64,000 nt of DNA, taken from contig JAQFVV010000010.1 in assembly GCA_028023455.1 (NCBI GenBank), positions 15,748,001 through 15,812,000 of the forward strand. Reading direction: 5' to 3'. This stretch comes from Epiperipatus broadwayi. Its lineage: Eukaryota > Animalia > Onychophora. The translations under genes were made by a program, and so were the position numbers. This document shows positions 1 through 13,492 of this stretch, piece after piece (positions within the stretch are counted from its first letter, which is position 1; the number at the start of each line of letters is the position of its first letter). The notes beneath the pieces are model-generated. The model ran no database searches. It saw only the letters and a list, made by a program, of their open reading frames with translations, and had not been told where the DNA came from.

Positions 1-742
1 TTCAACTATAAACTCACCCAATTCTTTTTAACTTTTCTATAGGCAATATGTTAATTCCAGCAGCTTTAGCATTTTTTATTTATTTTTAATTACCTTAAAC
101 ACTTCCCTCATCCCCTACTCCCACTCAATATATCCATATCTTTCCCATTTTGAATTTATTTATTGAAATATTTTGAAATAGATTTGTCTATATTTTAAGC
201 AATAAGTTTTATCTAAAATTTTAAATATTAAAATCAAAACAATTTTAGACATTTCATTCAAATACGTATAAACTGCTATTTCAAATTTCAATAAAACTTT
301 AAAAAAAATATGATACCGGGATACACATTTTCAAATAGCTTCCAAAATTTAAAAACAAATTAGGCAATAAACATTACAAATATTTAAAAATGTCTCAGGG
401 TGGGCTTACCTAAAATAATTTTGAGCAATTAGTAAAACATTTAGTCTTAAAACATTTTAAAAGTGAAAAGATTTAAAAGAATAATATCCTTTAAATTTTG
501 AATTTTAGCATTGCTATATATGTGGAAAAAAAAAACATATTTGAAAAAAACATAAAAAGTGTGTGATTATTAAAATATATAAAAAATAAGTAATTGATAT
601 ATTCTTTAAAAAAGTATATACTTCATAATGAGAAATATATATATATAATATTTAATTAATAAATAATTAAATAAAGTAGAAAAACTAACTCAAGAAAAGT
701 TTAATTAAAAAAGTAATTTAATTACATTGAAGCACAGTAATT

Positions 743-3185
743 TAAGAACGTTAATTAGAGGCTTCCAGCCATTATATATTGCCTCACTGAGTTGACCTCT
801 AGGATTATTTGCCATTGTCATATGAACAGCTTTTTGCATTTTCTTTTTTGCACCTTTTCCTCTATCCAATATTTTTGTATTTCCCAGTTGAACATATGTT
901 CATTAGTATATAAATCGTCTGCTACTATAGTTTGTGTTCTTTCAATCACTTGTTCAACAGAGCAATAGGTCTTACCAATATACTTCTTCCCACATTCACA
1001 TGGTATTTTATAGATGCCATTTTTGTTTTTCAGCATTTCCAGTTTAGGTTTGGTAGTAGTTAGAATTCCTTGAAGAGTGCTATGGCTTTGAATGCCATTC
1101 TAATGTTATACTGACTGCAAATTTTTTTGAATTTATCTGCCATTCCTGGTATGTATGGATACACTACAGTAGCAACGATTTTTTTTCCTTTTGGTGTCTT
1201 TTGTTGTCCATTAAAAATTTTCTTGATGACAGCTGATAAATAACCATTCTTGATGAGAGTTTGTTATATGCAAATCTTTTCATTTTCCAAATCACTGGTT
1301 TCCGAACAAATTTCCTTTGCTCTGTATCATAATGATAGTATAATTCCATGTTTTGTGCTTCTGTTATGATTGAATGTATATGACAAGAAACCACAATCCA
1401 ATGTTTTTACTTTGCTCAGAGGGACTCTTGTCACAAGAACATCTAAAAATTCTGATTTTTGTTTTTGTTCTGATTTCACTGGGAATTTAATTGAAAGAGA
1501 TATATTGTTGATGTGCATACAAAGACTGCAATCATTCTCTACCAATGTGCCATACTGAAAGTGTATCATCAACATAACAAAGCCATATTTTAGACAGAAA
1601 TGGAATATTGTTTTTGGCTGTTGTTTCAAGTTTTTCCATGTAAATGTTGCTAATCCAGGATGACAATGGGGAACCAATGGTTGACTCTATTGGAAGAATT
1701 CTGACTCTTATTAAAAGTACATTATTCTTATACAGAAGGTTAGTAGTTCCATTATTCTATCAATAGGTAAAGTTGTTCTGGTTTGTAGACTATTATCAGC
1801 ACATAATCTTTTTCTTACAATAGACAATGCTTCATCTCATGGTACATTTCTGAATAAACTTTCCACATCAAAGCTTACCAATATATTTGTTCTTTCCATT
1901 TTGATTAATTCTACAAAGTGCTTAGAATCCCTGACAAGGAATTGTGTCCTGTATGCCAATGGACTAAGAATTTCAAAAAGAAATCTTGACAATTTTTGAC
2001 ATGGTGACTTTTTAGAACTGCAGTAGACCTTAAGGGATATTGATTTTAGGTAGTCCATAAAGATGAGGAATTTTTCTGAAATACTAAGTTAATTTCGTTT
2101 TTTCTGAATTACTGAAGTACCTGCAATGCTTCTAACTTTACTTCTGTATTGGGAATTGGATTTTTTGCCTCTTTTTGTATTGGTCTTTTGTGAGAAATTA
2201 CATTATAACCATAGTGTTACCTTTATCAATAGGGAGCATGATTATAGACGTATTCTGTTTGGGAGATTTAATAGTATTCCTCTCACCACATGAAATGTTT
2301 CTCAAGTGTCATTTTACCTTTCCAGTGTAATTCAGGTGCTGGCTCTAGAAGTAATTTTTGAATGACTTCCACAGTGGCTGTTATTATATCCAATGATGGG
2401 ACAGTAGATGGTGTAATGGCAAAGTTTAAACCTTTTCCAAAACAGATAATTCAGCAATGGTAAGATGTTTAGAGCTAAGATTTTTAACTGACAAAGCTGC
2501 TAGATCAGTTGTTAATGTATGCCTTTTGATATGCTCATATAGATTTACAAGCTTCTTCTGATGTTCTTTTATCCTTCCATGTAATTTAGAATATGCTCTT
2601 TTCACTGCTTGACAAACTCTTGAGACGTCTTCATCTACAAGTTTATTTTTTAGAAAATATTCAACATTTCTAATGGAATGCATGATTTGATATTTGGAAA
2701 AACATTGAACATTTATTCTTTATCTCAATAGGTCCTCACTTACTCTCTGAATAATCTCAGCCCTCCTGGAGGAAATTGGGAATTTTTAATTGCAAATCTT
2801 TCTACTTTAGCTAGTTTTAGATATAATTTTTCATAATGTTTAAACTTCAACATAGCATTGGGTTCATATCAAGTACTTAGTATTTGCCTAAAGGTTTATG
2901 ATAATGCTATTTTAGATGTGATAATATAATGAACTACTTCCATAATCTATCATTAAAATTTTAAACTTATTAAAACTTTTCAATTACTAACAATTTGTTA
3001 GTAACAACACACAAATAGACAACACAGTTTTGTACTTACACAATCTTTTGGTTAGTCTTATTCTCCAATCTTGTTCAGGTATTGCTGGACTGACCAGTGA
3101 CAATAAATATAGGAATCAAACTTATACCTTCAGATTCTTGAATATTGAATTTTAAGGCAACTTACTAGCCAATTAACCTATTCTG
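743..3185 (-). mobile_element. Penelope-like element, decayed minus arm (N-terminus, RT, GIY-YIG endonuclease)
   Basis: ORF fragments: GIYKIPCECGKKYIGKT (GIY-YIG, 818-1036), LVSFDVESLF (RT, 1837-2058) and the RT thumb region (1327-1677). Many stops and frameshifts. Confidence 0.85.
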
Positions 3186-3189
3186 TCAA

Positions 3190-5150
3190 ATCCAAAAATT
3201 GTCTCTAGAAGAAACGGCACAACTATACTGGAAAATTAAAAGGACACTTGAGAGACATCAAAAGCAGAAATCAAACATTTCATATGATGAGAGGAAAGCT
3301 ATTAATTGTCTCAAACAGAATACATCTATAATCCTTCTCCCTGCTGACAAAGGTAATACTATAGAGCAAAAAAAATCCAATTTTAAATACCAAAGTAAAG
3401 TTATAAGAATTGTTCCGAAAGCATTACAATTATTTCAATGATTCAGAAAAAAGGAATCATATTTCTGTAACATTCCTCACCTTTTTGGACTATCTAAAAT
3501 TCATATTCATTAAGGCCTATGTTCTAGAAATTTACCATGCTAAAACTTGTCAAGATTTCTTCTCGAAATTCTTAATCCATTGCCATACAGGAGATGGTTC
3601 TTTGTCAAGGATTCTAAGCACTTTGTAAATTAATCAGGGACATGAAAATGGAAAGAACTGACATATTAGTAAGCTTTGATGTGGAAAGTTTATTTACAAA
3701 TAAAAAATGTGATGAAGAATTGTCTATTGTGAGGAAAAGGTTATATGGTAATAGTCTACAAATCAGAACAATTCTACCTATTAATAGTATAATGGAACTA
3801 TTAACCTTTTGCATAACAACAATGTAGTTTTAATATAACTCAAAATTATTCCAAAATAATCAAGCGATGGCTGTGGACCTGCCATTTTACTCTTGCTTAG
3901 CAATATTTACATGAAAGAACTTGAAACCATAATCATAGTGTGACATCACTATTTTGATGATACGTTTGTGGTAGGCCTCATGATGCACAAGCATAAGAGG
4001 AGGTGGTCATGTGATGTTTATTGAATACAGTCATTCTGAATGCACATCAACAACATATCTCCTTCAATTAAATTCACACTTGAATCAAAACAAGAACAAA
4101 AATTGACATTCTTAAATGTTCTTGTGACAAGATTCCTTCAGGACAAAGTAAGAACAAGTTTATATGAAACCAACACACACTATCATGTACTTAACATATA
4201 CATCCAATCATACTAGAAGCACAACGCATGAAATTATACTATCACTATGAAAAAAAGCAAAGGAAGTTTGTCTGAAAACCAGTTATTTGGAAAATGGAAA
4301 AGATTTGCATAGAACAAACTTTCATGAAGAATAGTTAACCATCAGCTGTCAACAAGAAAATCTTTAGTAGACAACAAAAAGGAGATTTCAAAAGAAAAAA
4401 ACAATTATTGGTACAATAGTTTATTCATATATACCAGGAATGGCACATACATTTTAAATAATCTGCAATTAATGTAATATTAGAACAGCTTTCCAAAGCC
4501 ATACCATATTTTAAGGAATTCAAAGACTAAACTGGAAATGCTGAAAAACAAAAACTGCTTCTACAAAATACCATGTGAATGGTAAGACCCATCACCCTGT
4601 TGAACAGTGATTGAAAATACCAAAAATTAATGGTTAAAAGAAAAAAATAGGTGTTTCTACAGTAGCAGACCATGTATGTACTAATAAACAATGGTTAATT
4701 GGGAAAATACAAAAATATTGGATAGAGAGGAAACGATGCAAAGAAGAAAATTCAAAAAGCTGCTCATATGACAATGGCAAATAATCTTATAAGTAAACCC
4801 AGAATAGCAATACATAATATCTGAAAGCCTCTAATTAACCTTGCTCTTAGAAAAAAATATTTAAAAAATTGAAGGAATCGGGATGATTTGAACGAACCCT
4901 CATAGATAAGTATATGAAATTTCTGACTTTTGCCTTTGATAGAATAGCTCAGTTTATTGGAGTATTTACCTTAAATTTAATATTCAAGAATCTAAAGATG
5001 TAATTCAACTCCTATGCTAATATGGTCACTGCTCATTCCAGAAATATTTGAAGAAGAGTGGTGAATACTAGTACTCAAAGCGTGTAATTACTAACCTGTG
5101 GTATCTATATGTGGGTTATTACTAAAAAGCTATTTGCATTCGAAAAGTTA
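3190..5150 (+). mobile_element. Penelope-like element, decayed plus arm (inverted, 5'-truncated copy of the same family) with 3' pLTR
   Basis: LLPADKGN and LVSFDVESLF motifs. 4740-4850 is the reverse complement of 745-850. 4955-5060 is an inverted homolog of 3060-3180. Confidence 0.8.
5040..5095 (+). ncRNA. Degenerate hammerhead remnant in the Penelope pLTR (inverted homolog at ~3025-3090)
   Basis: TTGAAGA-A-GAGT...ACTC-AAA; the core is mutated in both copies. Confidence 0.35.
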
Positions 5151-6025
5151 GACATTAGATAATGGAAATAATCCAACTTCTTAATGCATCTAATATGTTT
5201 TGATAATGGCCAAAGGCATTAATAAATAAAATTTATCCATTATGTTTGTTTTTTAATTAGTTGTTTTATATCAATTGATTTGTGATAGTTTTAAGTTTCT
5301 AATATACCATCGTCACAAACCATCATGCAAAAAAAAACTTAAGACATTTTTTGAATCAATCAAGTTGACTTGAAAATCATCATCTTAGTTTTCTAAGAAA
5401 TTTCGCATTGAGTTAAATAGTTTATATAACTGTTGTCAATGAATTTACATATGAAACAGTAAGCAATTGAATTATTATTTTTAATCTAAAATTTCCCAAA
5501 CAATCTGTCATTCAATGAATTTATTCTGATTTTTTTGATTGTTTTAATGACATAATGCCCTATCTAGGCATTCATTCAGATTTTTGACAATTAAATATAT
5601 AACAAATAGATTTGCTTTTTTAAAATTTGCAAGAAAATTCCTGTAGTGACTTCTCACTCATCAATAACTACGGACAAAATTCCTCTTTTGGAAAAGTTGT
5701 CTCATCAATTTATATATAGAAATGGATTATTTTAAATACTGATATAAAGAGTCATAAACAAATTAAGCCATTTCATCATTTCTTTGTGCTGTGTTGTTAC
5801 CTAAGCAAATTATCTTGGAAATAACAAATGCTAGCTTGTATAGCATAACACAATTAATAGAAATAGGTATTCATCAATAGTTTTCATGATTTAGCAACCA
5901 GAAAGAAATGTAAGGAGTATGGAATCCATAGTCATCTTGTTTGATGGTAACAAAACCTTTTTTGACAATTATCAGGAGTCTCAAAATTTTTTCTTATTAG
6001 AGTACTTGAAAATAACTCAGAGTCT

Positions 6026-6238
6026 AAATTCTCCATACAATAGTGCCACTCAGTGCAAGCCAGAATAATCAATGAATGCAAAAAAGTTTGTGCATAAAAT
6101 CCCCTCTAATGCTTACTGATCCTAGACCCACAGACTAGTTTCTATCCTGTGGCTTTCATCAGTGAGGAGCCTTGGATCTTAGAGCACCACACCTTGATCT
6201 TAAAATAAAAGAAGATGGTGATCATGGTAATACTTGAA
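6026..6238 (-). mobile_element. Family A hammerhead element, old two-armed relic
   Basis: Homologous to the 42.5-43.8 kb monomer (CCATACA.TAGTGCC ... GACTAGTTTC ... TCATCAGTGAGGAGC). Short plus-strand arm GATGGTGATCATG at ~6213-6225. Stem II is decayed and no clear TSD is visible. Confidence 0.7.
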
Positions 6239-7272
6239 TTGCAGTCTTGAATTCTTCATAGCTTCACTTGTTAAAAATTTTTGGCAAATAATCAGTAATG
6301 TATTGTTCATAGACTACTAAATAAAGTCATAGTTCAATAATACTATTTTGGCCATACCTTTTTTAAGATTCGGCTATGATATCTGTAAATAATAAACATG
6401 TTTTATAATATATACTTTTATTTATTGTGGACTAAAAAGACAAAACTATTTCTTCAATCACAATTGTTGTAAAAAGTAATGCTTGAATTAATTAATTTCT
6501 AGACACACCACACTTTTATTTTAAGTTAAATACAAAAACCTCTTGTGGTTGAAGAAACAATTGTTTCTTGTCATTTTAATTCACAGTAAATAAAAGCATT
6601 TATTATAAAATATTTATTACATAAATTATTTTTGATTTTTTAGTATTCAGATATTTTTTGCATTTATTCCAATTCAAAATGGAGATTAAAACTATGTTGC
6701 ACTGAGTAATATTTAAAAGAACTGCAATCAAAGCACTTTTAAAAAATCAACTTTTCCAATGAAAAGAAAATAGAATTTCTTACATTTGTTTTCAAGAGAA
6801 CTTTTACAATCAAGAAATATCAAAATTTGTTTTTATTTCTATTTTAAAGGGTCATTAACATTTTTTAGTCTAAACTTTTTAAAATATATATATAGTCCCT
6901 GAATTTGTACATCATTGAAAATTTATTGAACCTGTACCAGCATGTTTAAAATTCAGTTTATCAACATCTTTGCAGTAAATATATGAGAGTACCACCCAGA
7001 AAGATTTCATTGTCATATTATATGTCATCAATTTATATCACATGTACAAAGTTTGAAGGAAATCCATTTGATATAAGTATATTAATTTTTATTTTCATAA
7101 TTTTTCCTAAACAAATAATCTGAGTTTCTAACTTAAATAAAAGTGCTTAAAAAGACAAGTAAACTTTATTGTTAAAAGGTTGCCTTGACAACAGTTTGAG
7201 ATTGTTGATTGTTATCTATATTGGGATTGTCTAAGTGTTGACTGGTTTCTAATGGTTATTATAATAAAGATA

Positions 7273-7914
7273 GCTGAAATACACAGTCTTATATATACCT
7301 GTGTCTATATATTGCTGGTTTAGCATGAAATACATATATTGGTGATTATTTATCTTTTCACCATATGTGTGTTCAAGTATATCAGTATTATGAGGTAGTG
7401 TGGAAAGTGGTGGGTCATGTGAAAGTCTGTGCTCATACCCTGTCTATTACATATATAGACACAGGTATATATAAGCCTGTGTATTTCAGCTATTACATAT
7501 TAGAGATGTCTGCCTATTCCTTGTATATGTATTTAATGGATTATGTCCTGTACATGAGGGGTCAGATTGACCTTAGGTCAACATGGGTGTGACAATAATA
7601 TCAGCCTCAGGGTGGCCTTTGAGCATTCCATCATTGGATTTTCAATTGGATGGACAGTTGAAGAGTTGGAGTGTGGAGTGGATTGAAGCCTGTCTATTAA
7701 AGTAGGAGGATTTGCTATCTTAATATATATCTGAGCACTTGTAGCATGTATGGGTAGAAATGGTAATCTGGACCAACTGATGATTGCTGGTTTAGCATGA
7801 AATATGTATATTGGTGATTATTTATCTTTTCAACATGTGTGTTCAAGTGTATCAGTATTATGAGATAGAGTGGAGAGTGGTGGGTCATGTGAAAGTCTGT
7901 GCTCATACCCTGTC
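7273..7914 (+). mobile_element. Family B non-coding hammerhead element (~472-bp monomer, 1.3 units, short inverted arm)
   Basis: Exact 13-bp TSD TATAATAAAGATA at 7260-7272 and 7915-7927. Direct repeat 7311-7447 / 7783-7917. 7270-7310 is an inverted copy of ~7452-7494. Confidence 0.8.
7772..7815 (+). ncRNA. Minimal type I hammerhead ribozyme with intact core (family B)
   Basis: Stem I ACCAA/TTGGT, core CTGATGA (7777-7783), stem II TGCT/AGCA, GAAA (7799-7802), near-palindromic stem III ATATGTAT. Predicted cleavage after A7810. Confidence 0.75.
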
Positions 7915-7956
7915 TATAATAAAGATATAAAATTATCAAGACATGATAATTTATAC

Positions 7957-9090
7957 CAGTGGTCTTCAACCTTTCCTCCCTGCAGCCCAGTAAAAATAAG
8001 GATAAGATTTCATGGACCGGCAGAAGTTTACAGATCAATTTTCTTAAAGATGTAACCTGCTTAGCCTTAGATAAGCATAATTGTTATAACTGACCAAAAC
8101 AGCACACTAGTTAATGTGTATAGTAATGGTATTTCTTACTTTTACATGTTGAACACTCTTTCTCGAGTTGCGCAGTCATACTGCTACAGAAAACATACAA
8201 TAACAATCGTTCTCATTAATGTGCTTGCATTTTACATTATTTCATTGTTAAAATGTGTAAGAATAAAATGTTATTCACCTGAATGTTGAAAAAGTCAAAA
8301 GTTTTGATCTTATTTTATTTATTTTCTTTTTTTTTTTTGGGGGGGGGGGATGTTTGTTTTTATTTTTAAAAAAAGGTAACAGAAATTGGTTTTAAAAATA
8401 AAAGTATTAGTATTTTAGCGATATACAAATAAAACCAAAAAAAAATATTGCCTTATAGGCCAAAAAAAAGTGGGCGTATTTTTAAACAACAACAAAAAAA
8501 GAAAACGAAGCTTGAAAAAGTCAAAAGTTTTGATCTTACTTTATTTTGGGGTGGTGGGGATATATTAAGAAATATATTGTAAATGTTAGAGACAGAACTT
8601 ATTTTTTTGTTTTTTATTTTAAAAAAAGGTAATAAAAATTGATTTTCAAAATAAAACTTAAAGCCAAAAAAAAACACTAAAAATGAAATGTTAAAAGAGA
8701 GAGTAGAAAAAATTTAAGAGATCAAAAAAAATCACGTTACATTTTATTGTTTTAACAATGCTGACAAGCAGCCATAATTGGCTATCAAAAGACAAACGGA
8801 GTTTGTATAATAAAAAACTTTTTCTCCACCCCACCCCCATAAACATCTGTGATAAATAGAAAAACAAATTAATTTATGTATGATTGATTAGATTTTGTTT
8901 TTGTTCTATTTCTTTTTTTTTAATCGGGAAAAAATGCGATGAAAAAATAAATAAAAGTTGTTCATATTAATTAAAAGTTTAAAATCGTATTATTTTGTTA
9001 TTAGAAACTGTCTTGCCAGTCTAGCTGTGGACCAGCAGAAAATTTCTGTGGCCCAGTACCGGTCCGCGTCCCGGTGGTTGAAGACCACTG
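7957..9090. mobile_element. Non-autonomous hAT DNA transposon
   Basis: 15-bp TIR CAGTGGTCTTCAACC. Exact 8-bp TSD ATTTATAC at 7949-7956 and 9091-9098. Confidence 0.9.
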
Positions 9091-9629
9091 ATTTATACAA
9101 TTGAAAAGTGCAATTTATTTTGCCTCTGAAATTAAAATTTTTGTAATAATTATGTTATTAGAATAATTCCCATAACAACTGGATCTTGTTCAGCATTAGA
9201 CATATATATATAATAAACTATTAAGAAATAATTATTTGTAAAAAATACATCAGCATGCAATCAAAAATCAATTAATAGTTTTAATTTAGTTTGCCATTAT
9301 TTATTATAATGATACAAACCTGTTATAGTTTTATTATTATGAAACCTAGAAGACACAGAAGTGAACAATAGATATATAAAAAAAATGTATAAATATATAT
9401 GTAAATTGGTATTTTATCGAAACAACAATAATAAAATTTGCTTTGTATATGATCCATAATTAACAAATATCAAAGATATTAAATATGAATTAAAATTTTT
9501 AAATACTTATTGCATTTGCATTATTGTTAATTACTAATCAAACAATTAACAATCAAAATTAGATTTCATTCTGTTATCAATTTATACTATTTTATTCTTA
9601 ACAAGCCATTACACACACATACTCCTACT

Positions 9630-10091
9630 CAGGGGCAATCAGAGGGGGCAGCTGCCTTAGGCCTCACAATATTAGGGACCTCAACATGGAAACTCAATAT
9701 ATTAAACAAAACTGTAGAAGGTAAACTGGTTTCATGGCTCATCAAATGGCCTTGATTTTACAGTTAAATTCTTCAAAAAAATATTTGAGAAAAACTCTTC
9801 AGGCATACCATGAATCGAAAACATAAGCCAGTTTAGGGATGAGATGCCAATTTGATGACACTGTGAAGAATATGATTGCAGTGCTCAGTGCTAGAGCGAA
9901 TCTACCCTATCCAGTATTATCTGTATCTGATCTGCTTGCTCGTTTCTGCGACTTGTAATTAACTACTCCTGGATTCCTGTTTTTGGCCCTGTAAATAAAA
10001 ACTCATCCCCCCCCATGTTCTGATTTTAAATTTTGAAGAGCTTCTAAAATATTAGTTGTCCCAGGTCTCACATTTTCTCTGAAAGGCACTG
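9630..10091. mobile_element. Non-autonomous hAT-like MITE, older
   Basis: Termini CAGGGGC...GGCACTG. 8-bp TSD CTCCTACT / CTCCCACT (7 of 8 match). Confidence 0.6.
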
Positions 10092-11029
10092 CTCCCACTG
10101 ATACATGCTGGATATCCTGACAATGCATTACATGCTTGTCTTGCAAAACTTGATTATTAAGACAGCATGTGTAAATGGATTTTTTTCAAAATTTTCGTAC
10201 CTTCTATTTTTTCTTTGTACCCCCATTGCTTCCTTATTTTTATTAAACTCTCTCCAGTTGCAACTGGAGCAACTAACTCTACCCTAGATCATTCCACTCC
10301 CTTTCCTTTTGTATTCCCCCCTTCGAGAAATATTTCTATTATTTTTAATGTTCAAGAAACTAACTCTAGCCTGGATCATTCCACTCCCTTTCACTTGGTA
10401 TTTCTCCCTCTGGGAAGCATTTATATGACTTTTAATGTTGATTTTTTTTTATTTGGCTTAGTTGTTTTCTGGCATGAATTCAATAATTTCCCAGTACAAA
10501 TAATTGCCTTTCCATGCTTTGACAAATAGAACTTCCAGTAATTCTTCCATCAATTCAGGCAGATTACTTAAAACATTTAGTAGATAGTTCAAATCTTCTG
10601 TTTTTCTCTAGCCTTGCAATGACTTTCTTTTAACTAAACACTCAAAGTGTAAGACTATTTAGTTTAGTTGTCTTACTGTAACATTTTAGCTTTTTTCTTT
10701 AACATTAACTAACTAAAACAATTTAATTTGTTCTATCCCTTATACATTTCAGACAGTATATGTTTTATCAAATCTTCATTTCTTTGTATTTTTCCAAAAT
10801 AATTAAATAATATAATTGACAATCTGCCTTATCTGCCAATACAACTAAGTTCTTTATATTTTAATTAAAATGAAAAACTTTACTAAAAAAAAAAAAAAAA
10901 ATACCCAAAATAAAATACTTAACTTTTTTTTTTAATAATTAAAAAATAATAATTTTTAATATAAACGCAATCTTTATTTTTGACCTTGTAAAAATTTCAA
11001 TCAGAAATTATTTTTATTATAACTTTATA

Positions 11030-11075
11030 AAAGTTCTGAAGAAGACTGTCGGGGCAATCAAAACTGTCAATAGCG
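11030..11075 (+). ncRNA. Degenerate Penelope-type hammerhead remnant
   Basis: CTGAAGA-A-GACTG...CAATC-AAAA-CTGTC; G12 and one stem II pair are mutated. Confidence 0.35.
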
Positions 11076-11680
11076 GGTTGTAAAAAGCATTGTAAAAAGT
11101 AATAAAGAACATAAATGATATTACTATTATAAAATTTATATCTATTATCTTTTTAATTTACAACTACACACATAATATGGATTCTATTTAACATTAATTC
11201 TTAGTATTACATTGTTGTTGTTTTTTATTTGTTGTGTATTTTGTATATAATCATGTGTGCATAAATATATATGTGTGACTTGTAAGAACATATTGTTATT
11301 AGAAAGTTATATTGAGAAAAGCCTCTGCTAATTTAAAATTTATAAAGTGATCATTACTAAAATAAAACCATTGCATGAATTATATATACAGGATGGATCA
11401 AACATAAATATATAGTAGTATTGATTGAAGATGGATGCCAAGAATATCCTCAATACATTCCTGGATTGTCTCTGACAACTTAAACGATCTATTAATATTT
11501 TCAAAACAATTTTATATTTCAAATTTATTATTAATAGAACATCTTTCATGACATAATGAAATCCATAAAGCTGTGTTGTATTTATTCTCTAAAATCTAGG
11601 ACTCAGATATTTTCTAAGATCATCTAAACCCTGCTTGATTGATGGGCTCAAGAAAAACTCAATTTTAATTAATACTGTAC

Positions 11681-11784
11681 TTTTTTTTCCATGTGTCATA
11701 GCATCAGCTGGGAAACGAACCCGCTAACCTGGGACAATTGCTTATAAGGCAGCTGTGCTGACCACTCGACCACCAACGTTGACA
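11681..11784 (-). mobile_element. tRNA-Gly(UCC)-derived SINE
   Basis: Minus strand reads GTCAACGTTGGTGGTCGAGTGG (A box) ... GGTTCGTTTCC (B box) ... TGACACATGG, then an A tail. Confidence 0.8.
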
Positions 11785-12218
11785 AATTTAATACTTTTGA
11801 TACTCAAATATCATATAACTTCATAAGCAATGAATTATTGATTATTTTATTACTTTTATTTTATGTACTATTAGTTTTATTATCATTTTCAATATTAAAA
11901 TTACTAATCCATAAAATTCTAAATTACCTTAGATCTCATATTCACTACAGGCAAAATCCATTTCTCACATTGAAAAAGAATGGTGACTCAACTACTAATC
12001 CCTAACGATTTTAATTCTTCCTTTTTTGTTTACTCTCTAATTTGTTATGACATTTAATAGCAGATAACCCATATGCTCATTATTGCCATGAACTGGGATT
12101 AAATCTGGATATTTGAAACATTTCAGCTATCTGAAAAAATGTTAAATTCCAACCAAATTTAAATATCAGGTCATGGAAATGATAAATATTATTAGATATT
12201 ATAATTAAAAGTGTTATT

Positions 12219-12330
12219 GTCAAGCATTGTTAGCCGGGAGATCATCGCAGCAGCCTTGCAAGCAAGTAGTTGATTGCAGACGGTTGTGGGTTCGCATCCC
12301 AGCTGATGCTATGACATATGAAAAAAAAAA
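12219..12330 (+). mobile_element. tRNA-Gly(UCC)-derived SINE
   Basis: B box GGTTCGCATCC and A tail. TSD AAAAGTGTTATT at 12207-12218 and 12327-12338. Confidence 0.8.
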
Positions 12331-12444
12331 AGTGTTATTAAATGCATATTAAGTAAAGTCACTTTTTATAAAAAATATATATATATATATAATTGATGTA
12401 ATCGTTCTTATAGAAATTTTGTGCATTTATTATAAGAATGGTCT

Positions 12445-12537
12445 TCTTTTTTATGTGTGTGTCAAAGCATCGGCCGGGAAGCGAATCAGTGAACCCAGGA
12501 CAACTGCTTGTAAGGCAGTTCGGCTACCAACGCTTGA
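12445..12537 (-). mobile_element. tRNA-Gly(UCC)-derived SINE
   Basis: Exact 14-bp TSD TATAAGAATGGTCT at 12431-12444 and 12538-12551. Internal deletion. Confidence 0.85.
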
Positions 12538-12739
12538 TATAAGAATGGTCTGTTTGTTAAATGTAAGCTTGTACATATTTTTTTCCTGATTAATTTGTTA
12601 TATGTCATTGTTTATAATTAGCAGTAGAAAAGAATATATATAAAAACTCAATTACAGTATATTAATAAATCATATAAATTTTATTTTTAATATACAAAAA
12701 TGTTACAAGTATATACAGATTGAACAGATAACTACAATG

Positions 12740-12967
12740 CTATTCTCTGCTTTTAAATTCGTTTCCTTTATCAAAAAATATTTCTTTAAGCAATTCTTTG
12801 AATAAAATTTTGGTATCATTTATCAGCACAACATCACGATTTTGCCATTTTGTCCAATCTATTTCTTGTACAGTTTCACGTGATATTAGATCATTGAATT
12901 TGAAAATATTACTTTTAACACCATTAATGAATGATTTGCTATGTTCGAGAGGACCAAAAGATTTTAC
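12740..12967 (-). pseudogene. Probable terminal exon of the haem peroxidase pseudogene
   Basis: AG acceptor at 12969-12968 followed by 75 open codons including EIDWTKWQ, which resembles the peroxidase C-terminal xIDLxxW motif. Confidence 0.5.
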
Positions 12968-13492
12968 CTAATTTATTTATTTTTCTCATAATTATTTATA
13001 TTCCATAAACTAACTTAACATTAATTAACATCTCTCTCTGTCTGTCTGTGTCCATCTGTCTGTCTCTGTATAAACATAGATTCAATTTCATTTTACTTTA
13101 TTGTGAATTAATTATTTAGGGCTTAATCTTTTTTCTCATATAAATTACATTTATTTTTAACTTAGAAATTTTCTTACATGCAAAGGGTATAATTTTTAAA
13201 ATCTTCTCTCACAAATAGTAACCCAAATTAGGATTACCAAATAACATAGTTGTGAAAGAAGGGCAATAACAAAGAGGACAAGAAAAAAAAACTTTACCTT
13301 TATTTTGATTAGGACATATTAATATTCTATTTTCTTTATTATATATATTCAATTCATTTAATTTAAAATTGATAGTTTAAATTGAAAATGTAAAAGTAAT
13401 ATTTATAAGCTTCCTAAAATAAAATGTTTAGTAATCCTAGTTCAAACAACACTAGTATTTACAATATGTAAAAAAAAAAACTAAATACATAC

